Source of the DNA: Candidatus Iainarchaeum sp.
Lineage (GTDB): Archaea > Iainarchaeota > Iainarchaeia > Iainarchaeales > JAZDFD01
NCBI GenBank assembly: GCA_043808155.1
Contig: JAZDFD010000006.1
Location: forward strand, 1-44,176
DNA: 44,176 nucleotides
Direction: 5' to 3'
Each line of letters begins with the position of its first letter. Position 1 is the stretch's first letter. A model generated the notes under the pieces. That model made no database searches and was not told the origin of the DNA. It saw nothing but the letters and a program-made list of their open reading frames with translations. Below are positions 37,237 through 44,176 of this stretch, one piece after another. A program made the position numbers and the translations under genes.

Positions 37237-37824
37237 ATGGCAGACAGCACAATTTACAAAATAAAGGAAAAAGTTGGTTCGATTATTGATTCTGGCGCAC
37301 ATATTAATATTGCAAAAACAACTCAGGAAATTGGAAAAATTTTTGGACTAAATGAAAGAATGAGAAATTATACTCATATTGAAATAAGGAACAAATTAAA
37401 TGAATTCACATACAAGACTGTGCCTTATAACAAAAGAATTCTTTTTCTCCCTCATTGTCTGAAAGTTGCAGGAGTTTGCAAAGCACCACTTACAGATGAA
37501 GGTTTGAATTTAGATTTTTGCGATAAATGTGAAGCAGCAGACCAATGCCAGATTAATGAAATCAAAAAGATAGCTGAAGAAATGAAATATATGAAAATAG
37601 CAGTTGCACCCGGGGGAAGTATGGTTCACAAAATAATTGCGAAATACAAACCAAAAGCGGTTTTAGGTGTTTGCTGTTATAATGAAGCAATAATGGCATT
37701 TGAAAAAATCAAAGGAAAGAATATGGGCGCGCAAGCAGTTTTATTAATGCGTGATGGTTGTAAAGATACAGCAGTTAATGTTGATGAAGTTAAAGAAAAA
37801 TTAGAGTTGTGCAAGAATGAATAA
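37237..37824 (+). CDS. DUF116-family Cys-rich protein
   Basis: ILFLPHCL...C...CxxC...C.I, PGGS, GVCC, GC.DT. Start MADST preferred. Confidence 0.8.
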   Translation: MADSTIYKIKEKVGSIIDSGAHINIAKTTQEIGKIFGLNERMRNYTHIEIRNKLNEFTYKTVPYNKRILFLPHCLKVAGVCKAPLTDEGLNLDFCDKCEAADQCQINEIKKIAEEMKYMKIAVAPGGSMVHKIIAKYKPKAVLGVCCYNEAIMAFEKIKGKNMGAQAVLLMRDGCKDTAVNVDEVKEKLELCKNE

Positions 37825-38542
37825 AATGAATCTAGGAAAGCATAAGAATTTGATAATTATTTCAGCAATAATTTTAGTTCTTGTTTTAATTAATGCAATG
37901 CTTTTATTGTATCCGGGTTTAATCAGCATAGTGAATCCATATGCAGATGATTTGAGTAACTATAAAACATTCAGCACACAAATACACTATTCAGTTCAGG
38001 CTCTTTTAGCAGATTCAGAAGGAACTTTAATTGATAATGAGGATTATTTGTTTTTACCGGATGACCAAAGAATAATCAGGGATGCAATTAATGATTCTGC
38101 AAGAGAAGATGTAATGTGGATTGCATTAAAGGAAAATGAATATTTTGAAGCGATTGACAATGCTACTTCAAAAGAGGAAGCGTATTCTTTTGCGCATAAG
38201 GAAGCTGCACTTTATTACATATCTGAAGGATATATTTCAACTCTTAATGTTTTTGCAATGCAGGACAGCAGTGATGACAAAGACATTATGGATGACGTCA
38301 TTCAGAATGCAGAAACATTTAAAGAATCGATTAAGATTGCAGATTTTCTTGGAGAAGAATTTGAAATTCCTGAAGGCATGAACTTTGACAGAGCGCTTTT
38401 CAAGCAGGAAGCTCTGAATGTTATGGCTGAATTTTTAGAACTGAGAAAAATTAAATATGACGATGCGGAATATCTTTCACACGAAAGAAAATTTGTAGAA
38501 GCTGAGAAATTAATTTCACTTTATTTTTTATTCACTAATTAG
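37817..38542 (+). CDS. Membrane-anchored hypothetical protein
   Basis: N-terminal TM helix, acidic helical body. Confidence 0.8.
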   Translation: MNKMNLGKHKNLIIISAIILVLVLINAMLLLYPGLISIVNPYADDLSNYKTFSTQIHYSVQALLADSEGTLIDNEDYLFLPDDQRIIRDAINDSAREDVMWIALKENEYFEAIDNATSKEEAYSFAHKEAALYYISEGYISTLNVFAMQDSSDDKDIMDDVIQNAETFKESIKIADFLGEEFEIPEGMNFDRALFKQEALNVMAEFLELRKIKYDDAEYLSHERKFVEAEKLISLYFLFTN

Positions 38543-39172
38543 TTCAATTGGGGAAATCATTTTTAGAATTTCATCTGCGGATAGTTCCCCAAGTGTTATT
38601 CCTTTGCAAACAACAACGCCTTTGTCAGGAAGTGTTTTCCAGTGTTTCAGGAAACCTTCTTTTTTTACACTTTCGAAATAATTGAAAATTTCTTTGTAAT
38701 GTTCTTCTCCGTGAGCATCAATTTCGTAAAAAGTCTTAACATGCAGTGTTTTGCAGAAGGGATAAATTTTTGTGAAATCAGGATTTTTTTCATATGAGAT
38801 AAAGGGGAAAAATTTACATTGCGCTGGTTTTGACTTATGTACTTTGCATAATTGATTTTCAAGGAAAATGCAGAACTCGTCTTTTTTTAATGCAAGAGTT
38901 GGAAGTACTAAAACAAAATTAGGGAGTTCATTTAATTGAGTTTTTAACGCATCTGCAATTTGTTTTGGAAGAAAGTCAGTGCTTATTTTGAGTTTGTTCT
39001 TGGAAAACTCTGCTGGAAAAAGCTGAATAAAAATTGTGCAGTAATTTTTAAGAAATTCTTCTTCAGAAATTTTAAGTTCTGAAGCCATATTTTTGGCGTC
39101 TTCGGGGAGTAGCGTAATCCAGTATTTTTCACAGCACTCAGTGCAGTTTAGGGATTTGCAGTCAATTTCCAT
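38528..39172 (-). CDS. YkgJ/CxxCxxCC family Cys-cluster protein
   Basis: C...CTECC; CIFL....C.VH..KP.QC.FFP. Confidence 0.85.
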   Translation of the reverse strand: MEIDCKSLNCTECCEKYWITLLPEDAKNMASELKISEEEFLKNYCTIFIQLFPAEFSKNKLKISTDFLPKQIADALKTQLNELPNFVLVLPTLALKKDEFCIFLENQLCKVHKSKPAQCKFFPFISYEKNPDFTKIYPFCKTLHVKTFYEIDAHGEEHYKEIFNYFESVKKEGFLKHWKTLPDKGVVVCKGITLGELSADEILKMISPIELISE

Positions 39173-39232
39173 GTATAAGCCTGGATAATTGCTTAGGAGA
39201 TACGTTTTAAAGTATTAATGAATGTAATTTTA

Positions 39233-39332
39233 GAAGTGCTGACAAAGGCGCACAGATTGCAAACGGATCTCCCGATTTCAGCAAAGCTGAAATGGGCACA
39301 TTTCCGCAAAAGCGGAAATAGTGTTTCGTTTT
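39233..39332 (+). repeat. Structured tRNA-Thr 5' leader
   Basis: AGTGCTGACAAAGGCGCACAGAT module plus hairpins ATTTCAGC/GCTGAAAT and ATTTCCGC/GCGGAAAT. Confidence 0.7.
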
Positions 39333-39404
39333 GCCCTTGTAGCTCAGTGGTAGAGCACCTGCCTTGTAAGCAGGGGGTCGGGGGTTCAAGTCCCCCCAAG
39401 GGCT
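39333..39404 (+). tRNA. tRNA-Thr(TGT)
   Basis: GCCCTTG/CAAGGGC, anticodon arm CCTGC-CTTGTAA-GCAGG. Confidence 0.96.
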
Positions 39405-40296
39405 ATTCAAATAGTTCAGTACTCAAATATTTCTCTCCGCGGTCGGGAAGCAGTACTACTATTGTGCCTTTTTTAATTTCAGTTGCTTTTTTGAGTGCAA
39501 CAAACATTGCAGCGCCTGAACTCATACCTGCAAAAATACCTTCTTTTTTTGCGAGTAAACGTGATGTTTCAAAGGCATCTGAATCAGAAACTTTTACAAA
39601 TTCATCAATTTTTGAAGCATTATAAATTTCAGGAATTATTGCTTCTTCGAGACTTTTTAGACCTTGTATTTTGTGACTGAGAAAAGGTTCTGCTGCAACA
39701 ATTTGAATTCTTTTATCAAATGATTTTAATGCGTGAGACATACCCATCAAAGTTCCTGAAGTACCCAAACCTGCGACAAAAAAAGAAATGCGCCCTTTAG
39801 TTTCAGAAATTATTTCATTTGCAGTATAATAGTAATGTGAAAGAGGATTATTAATATTAGAATATTGATCCGGAACGAAGTATTTTTCAGGGAATTTTTC
39901 ATACAATTCTTTTACTTTTAAAATTGCACCATCTGTGCCATGTGATTCAGGAGTTAAAATTACTTTTGCTCCGAATGCTTTCAGAATTTTTCTTCGTTCA
40001 ATGCTTACTGATTCGGGGAGTGCTAATTCAATCGAATATCCTTTTATCGCAGCAACCATTGCCAAGCCAATACCTGTGTTTCCGGATGTTGCTTCCAGAA
40101 TTGTTTTTTCTTGTGTCAGTTTTCCTGAAAGTTCTGCTTCAGTAACCATCTGAAGTGCAATTCTGTCTTTTACGCTTCCACCTGGATTCTGCCCTTCTAG
40201 TTTTGCAAAAATTTTCACTTCTTTGTTTGAATTTAATCGATTTATTCTCACAAGAGGTGTATTTCCAATTGTTTCAAGAACGCTGTTGAAAATCAT
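39403..40296 (-). CDS. cysK: Cysteine synthase (PLP-dependent, CysK/CysM family)
   Basis: IGNTPLV, NPGGSVKDR, EATSGNTG, GLGTSGT, PDRGEKYLST. Start ATG 40296 or GTG 40305. Confidence 0.93.
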   Translation of the reverse strand: MIFNSVLETIGNTPLVRINRLNSNKEVKIFAKLEGQNPGGSVKDRIALQMVTEAELSGKLTQEKTILEATSGNTGIGLAMVAAIKGYSIELALPESVSIERRKILKAFGAKVILTPESHGTDGAILKVKELYEKFPEKYFVPDQYSNINNPLSHYYYTANEIISETKGRISFFVAGLGTSGTLMGMSHALKSFDKRIQIVAAEPFLSHKIQGLKSLEEAIIPEIYNASKIDEFVKVSDSDAFETSRLLAKKEGIFAGMSSGAAMFVALKKATEIKKGTIVVLLPDRGEKYLSTELFE

Positions 40297-40297
40297 T

Positions 40298-40514
40298 TTA
40301 ATCACTGTTCACTTTGTAATATATTTTCCGCAAATCATCAAAATCTGAAAATCTCATAATCAGACCGAAGTTAATTAAATTTGAAAGAGAATATCGTACT
40401 GTTCGTGCAGATATTAAAGTTGAATTAGAAATTTCGTTTTGTGAAAGCGGACCTCGCAGTTTTAACTCTATTAAAATCAGTTCAGAACTTCGTGCAAAGT
40501 CGATCCCTTCTCAT
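40298..40514 (-). CDS. MarR-like winged-helix regulator interrupted by a +1 frameshift at codon 6/7 (programmed frameshift or pseudogene)
   Basis: 0 frame: MRRDRLCTKF*. +1 frame from CTT-T: ARSSELILIELKLRGPLSQNEISNSTLISARTVRYSLSNL...DLRKIYYKV. Not in ORF track. Confidence 0.7.
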
Positions 40515-40667
40515 AAAACCACTTTAATATTTATGCAGGGAATATTAATAAATCTTTAGATAGTGGCAATTATTTTGTTTAAAATCACATAATATTTCGA
40601 GAAATAGACTGCATAATGTTAAATACCTGGAGTTTGTAATCATAACATAAAACAAGGAGTTGAGATA

Positions 40668-40766
40668 TTGCCGGAAGTTTCAAAGGCGAGAGCCAAAGCA
40701 AAAATGTCACACCGCGCACAGTCACTACATCGGTTCAAAACCCACGGGAAAAATAAAAAGATTTAA
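40668..40766 (+). CDS. 32-aa highly basic peptide (not in ORF track)
   Basis: AAGGAG SD, TTG start, MPEVSKARAKAKMSHRAQSLHRFKTHGKNKKI, followed by a T-rich tract. Confidence 0.55.
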   Translation: MPEVSKARAKAKMSHRAQSLHRFKTHGKNKKI

Positions 40767-40773
40767 GGGATTT

Positions 40774-40998
40774 TTATTTCTTTTTTAGAAGTACTTTAAG
40801 ATGTGCTAATTTTCTATTTGCTATTGCGAGTCTTTCACTATTTCCAGTTCGCTCAGCAAATTGCAATTCAGCCTGTGCAAGAAGAAATTCTTGTTTTAAT
40901 TCCGCAGAAGATTTAGAATCGAAATGTGAAAAATCATGTTTTTTTTCAGCTTCTTTGCTAGCATCTCACCCAGTAAATCGTTTCCATTTTTTAGGCAT
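40774..40998 (-). pseudogene. Small orphan ORF with an in-frame TGA at codon 11
   Basis: AGGTGA SD; MPKKWKRFTG*DASKEAEKK...LKVLLKKK. Confidence 0.45.
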
Positions 40999-41004
40999 TT
41001 TATA

Positions 41005-41436
41005 TCACCTCAGCCCTGTGCTTCCAAATCCGCCTTCTTTTCTCGAGGAATCTGGAAGTTTTTCTGTTATTTCAAAAACAGGGAACTCAATTTTATTAAG
41101 AATTAATTGTGCGATTTTACTGCCTTTTTCTACTTTAAATGTTTCTTTTCCGAAGTTTGCCATTATTACTTTTACTTCGCCTCTGTAGCCCGCGTCAATC
41201 GTACCCGGTGTGTTGAGAAGTGTAATTCCATGATTTAGAGCTAAACCTGATTTTGGACGTACCTGAATTTCATATCCTTCGGGAATTGCAACTTTAATTC
41301 CTGTGGAAATTAATTTGATTTCATTTGGGGAAATCTGAGTTTCTTCTACAGAATAGAGGTCTGCTCCTGCATCCCCTTTGTGAGCAAATTCAGGGATTTT
41401 TGCATCTTTATGGATTTTTTGAATTAGAATTTTCAT
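41005..41436 (-). CDS. dut: dUTP diphosphatase (trimeric dUTPase)
   Basis: AGADL, RPKSGLA, GTIDAGYRGE, IAQL, R.EGGFGSTG. Confidence 0.97.
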   Translation of the reverse strand: MKILIQKIHKDAKIPEFAHKGDAGADLYSVEETQISPNEIKLISTGIKVAIPEGYEIQVRPKSGLALNHGITLLNTPGTIDAGYRGEVKVIMANFGKETFKVEKGSKIAQLILNKIEFPVFEITEKLPDSSRKEGGFGSTGLR

Positions 41437-41531
41437 AATAAGACAAAATAGGGAATTTCTTTTATAGCTATTGCAAAGGGAAGGAATTTAAAGGAGTGGA
41501 AAATATATTATTAGAACGCAGAGGTGAGAAC

Positions 41532-41975
41532 ATGGATAAGCAGATACAATTCATTTCAAATTATGAAGACTGGGTAGCGATTAAAAAACTGACAATTACT
41601 GAAAAAACACAACCAAAAACAGTAATGGAATTTTTAGCAGGATTAACAATCTCAATCGACAGGAAAGTTGAGGATAATTTAAGAAAAATTGTTGCACTTG
41701 ATAAATTAGACACAGTTTTGAAGGAAGAATTAGCTTCTGGGAAAGGTGCAGATAACATTGGGAAAAATCTTGCTGCAGTTGCAGGAGTTAAAGTTAACAG
41801 AGTGATTAATGAAATCTGCGAAATTGAAGGAATGCAGAAAAATGAGAAAAAAGAATTAATTGATTTCTGCAAAGTTTACGCAATGAGAAAAGCACTGAAA
41901 GAAGTTAAATTAATGATTGATTATTCGGAAATTGACATTCCCGGAATGAAAAGATTAAAGACAAAAAAGGTGTGA
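41532..41975 (+). CDS. Archaeal conserved protein (DUF2666-like)
   Basis: IQFISNYEDW..IKKL.I...T.P....EFLA N-terminus; GAGGTGA SD before ATG 41532. Confidence 0.7.
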   Translation: MDKQIQFISNYEDWVAIKKLTITEKTQPKTVMEFLAGLTISIDRKVEDNLRKIVALDKLDTVLKEELASGKGADNIGKNLAAVAGVKVNRVINEICEIEGMQKNEKKELIDFCKVYAMRKALKEVKLMIDYSEIDIPGMKRLKTKKV

Positions 41976-41976
41976 A

Positions 41977-42867
41977 ATGTTTCCTGAATTAGTTTCATTT
42001 GATTATTATGTTCTTTCTTTAGTTCAGACATTGCAGAGTCCATTTATGGATTCAGTAATGGACGGGGTAAGTTTCATAGGAAATCCTATTTTTTGGATGC
42101 TTATTGCTGCAATTATTTATTGGCTGGGAAAAGCAAATGAATCATTTTATTTGATGAATATTATTCTTTTCAGTTCCGCAGTTGTTGGCGCTTTGAAAAT
42201 TTCAATTGGCAGGATGAGACCGAGTTCTGAAATTTTCAGAGTTGTTGTAACAGATACTTATTTGCCTTATTCCTTTCCAAGCGGACATGCTACATTAACA
42301 AGTGCTGCTTTGCACCATTTAGGAGTTTTTGTAAAGAGCAATATAAGAATTATTTTTGCATTTGTGATTGTGAGTGTTGCTTTTAGCAGAATTTATTTGG
42401 GTGCGCATTTTCTGACGGATGTTGTTGCAGGCATTATTTTGGGAATTATAATTGGTGAATTGAATTTCAAATTAATTGAAAAAGTGAGAAACTCAAATTA
42501 CAGACTTTCAAAACTTCAGGATGAAATTATTGTTGTTGGGCTTGTACTCGTTGCAATTGTTATGGCATTGTTTGTGAGTTCAATTCCGCTAATTGCAGTT
42601 TTATTGGGATTCTATACAGGTTTCTTCTGGTCAAGAGAAACACAGCTTTACAAAAACTGGAAAATTGAGAACGGTTTCAGAAGAAATGCAATAAAATTAA
42701 TGTGGGGTTTTATGGGTTTGGGATTGCTTGCACTTTTCGTTCTTTATGTGCCAGATGTGTTTTTGTTTGGCTTTGATTTGAATTACATTGCTTATTTCAT
42801 AGGTGGTTTGTGGATTTCTTTTATTTATCCTGAAGCATACCAGCACTTTTTCAGGAAATTAATCTGA
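41977..42867 (+). CDS. PAP2-family membrane phosphatase
   Basis: K..IGRMRP, SFPSGH, SRIYLGAHFLTD. Confidence 0.92.
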   Translation: MFPELVSFDYYVLSLVQTLQSPFMDSVMDGVSFIGNPIFWMLIAAIIYWLGKANESFYLMNIILFSSAVVGALKISIGRMRPSSEIFRVVVTDTYLPYSFPSGHATLTSAALHHLGVFVKSNIRIIFAFVIVSVAFSRIYLGAHFLTDVVAGIILGIIIGELNFKLIEKVRNSNYRLSKLQDEIIVVGLVLVAIVMALFVSSIPLIAVLLGFYTGFFWSRETQLYKNWKIENGFRRNAIKLMWGFMGLGLLALFVLYVPDVFLFGFDLNYIAYFIGGLWISFIYPEAYQHFFRKLI

Positions 42868-42930
42868 AACGTAATTTACTGAATGGAAAAATATATTAAT
42901 TGCCAGAGAGTTTCTTTTGCAGGTGATATT

Positions 42931-43497
42931 ATGTTTGGTTTTTTAAAAGGAAAAATAGATGTCAAACTGAATAAATCAAATTTCAGGCCTGGCGATATGA
43001 TTCAAGGAACAGTTACCTTGGATTTGAAAAAGTCTACAAACGCACGCGGAGTATTTGTTAAATTTTACGGAATGAGTAAAACAACACAGCATTCCGGAGG
43101 CGTGAATTTACAGCCTGGTAGCGGAGTCAGGATAAGTTCAGGCGGTTTTTCAATTGGTTCCGGAAGTTCAAGGAGTAGTGTAGGTTCCAGTTCAAGAAGG
43201 AGCAGTGTAAGTCATTCTTCACAAAGTGAAACAATTACTGTTTATGAATTTGAACAGTTAGTAGAAGGCGAAAAAGAATATGCTGATGGTCCTCAAAGTT
43301 ATGATTTCCAGATACAAATTCCGAGTGATTTATTAGATCAGAATCAGGCACCTAACGAAATGATTGGTGCAATAGTTCAAACAGCTAAATTCCTGTCAGG
43401 GAGTGTAACAAACGTAAAATGGTATATTAATGCAAAACTTGATGTTCCCGGCGGATTTGATTTATCAAAACAGATTCAGATCAATATCACCAAATAG
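42931..43497 (+). CDS. Arrestin-like/SpoOM-type beta-sandwich protein
   Basis: F.PGD.IQG.V, YDFQIQIP, W...AKLDVP; AGGTGA SD before ATG 42931. Confidence 0.65.
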   Translation: MFGFLKGKIDVKLNKSNFRPGDMIQGTVTLDLKKSTNARGVFVKFYGMSKTTQHSGGVNLQPGSGVRISSGGFSIGSGSSRSSVGSSSRRSSVSHSSQSETITVYEFEQLVEGEKEYADGPQSYDFQIQIPSDLLDQNQAPNEMIGAIVQTAKFLSGSVTNVKWYINAKLDVPGGFDLSKQIQINITK

Positions 43498-43557
43498 GAA
43501 GGCTTTTAAAAAATGCCTAATGATAAATAGAAAAGCAAGGGAATTGATTTTGTTAAT

Positions 43558-43751
43558 CCCCCCTTTGCATAGTAGTTAATGCGCTCGGCTGTAGACTCTA
43601 AATCAACAGCTTCAATGCTGTTCCGGCGTAATGCGTTATATGAAAATGGTAATATTACCGCAGGATTGAACAAAATGAAATCCTGCACATATTCGCACTC
43701 GCCGGGCGCGCGGCGACCGAGAGATCCCCGGTGCAAATCCGGGAGGGGGGA
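43558..43751 (+). tRNA. tRNA-Tyr(GTA) with 121-nt 37/38 intron (43595..43715)
   Basis: C1:G72 acceptor stem CCCCCCT/AGGGGGG; CTCGG-CTGTAG|...|A-CCGAG; relaxed BHB. Confidence 0.88.
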
Positions 43752-43824
43752 ATTTCTTACTTTCTTACATCCCCACTCCCTTACCAAGTGGCTCCAAATA
43801 TGTAACTATAATGAAGTGAGTAAG

Positions 43825-44016
43825 ATGAATAAGAAAATGGAATTTACAAAATTAAGCAGTAAAGGTCAAGTTGTCATTCCGGGAACTATCAGAAACAAAA
43901 TGGGTTTAAGCGAAGGAGACGCATTCGCTGTTGTTGGAGACAAGGACACACTTCTTTTGAAAAGAATTAAAATACCTTCAAGAAAAGAATTGTTTAAAAA
44001 ATTCAAACTTAAATGA
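43825..44016 (+). CDS. AbrB/MazE/SpoVT-family DNA-binding protein
   Basis: TKLSSKGQVVIP..IR..MGL.EGD. Confidence 0.85.
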   Translation: MNKKMEFTKLSSKGQVVIPGTIRNKMGLSEGDAFAVVGDKDTLLLKRIKIPSRKELFKKFKLK

Positions 44017-44145
44017 TTGTCCCGCAAACTCAAAAAATGTCCCGCAAATGTCCCGAAAAAAATGTCCGAATACTCTCCAAAATGTCCGATAAGTGTCCGA
44101 TAAAAATGTCGCGAAAGCTTTGAAAATGTCGCGATAATGTCGGGA
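44017..44145 (+). repeat. Array of about 9 imperfect direct repeats (consensus AATGTC[C/G]CG[A/C], some copies AATGTCCGA)
   Basis: Seen directly; irregular spacing; non-coding. Confidence 0.8.
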
Positions 44146-44176
44146 ATGATACGCTAGCCTCAAAAATGGTGCGCAA

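Noticed and set aside
35370-39625. ORFs 35370..35582, 39193..39399, 39207..39410 and 39218..39625 (also 23292..23564)
   Set aside because: Chance ORFs across GC-rich tRNA and hairpin repeats.
40966-40968. In-frame TGA as evidence for recoding or selenocysteine
   Set aside because: TGA ends many bona fide genes here (polB, map, dut), and there is no redox motif or evident SECIS. A nonsense mutation or sequencing error is more likely.
43579-43824. N-terminal extension of the AbrB ORF
   Set aside because: Runs through tRNA-Tyr; the true start is most likely ATG 43825.
44017-44145. CRISPR array
   Set aside because: Repeats are ~10 bp with short irregular spacers, and there are no cas genes.

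Overview
AT-rich archaeal chromosome segment. Evidence for archaeal origin: PolB, type II Map, Ogg, tRNAs without encoded CCA and with bulge-helix-bulge (BHB) introns, TATA-type promoters and GGTGA-type SD sites. The gene style suggests a DPANN lineage, possibly Diapherotrites/Iainarchaeota-like (inference). The left third holds two paralogous giant Ig-like surface proteins with internal Gly-rich hydrophobic inserts, five small membrane proteins, two coiled-coil proteins and a degenerate HerA-like ATPase. The rest is housekeeping and stress genes (polB, map, ogg, dfx, rubrerythrin-like, hisS, rpiA x2, htpX, cysteine synthase, dut) interleaved with eight tRNAs, four of them intron-containing. 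Most notable observations: (1) three tRNA-abutting free-standing LAGLIDADG genes, one internally deleted, that share a ~20-bp motif 56-58 nt upstream of their start codons; (2) modular GC-rich hairpin repeats confined to tRNA leaders, introns and trailers, twice followed by a duplicated tRNA 3' end; (3) a wHTH regulator gene coupled to cysteine synthase whose frame breaks exactly at CTT-TGC (Leu-Cys), a candidate cysteine-sensing +1 frameshift; (4) a radical SAM/SPASM enzyme next to a membrane protein with triple PxYGV motifs; (5) an SLT lytic transglycosylase in an archaeon. No database searches were run; family calls come from motif recognition.
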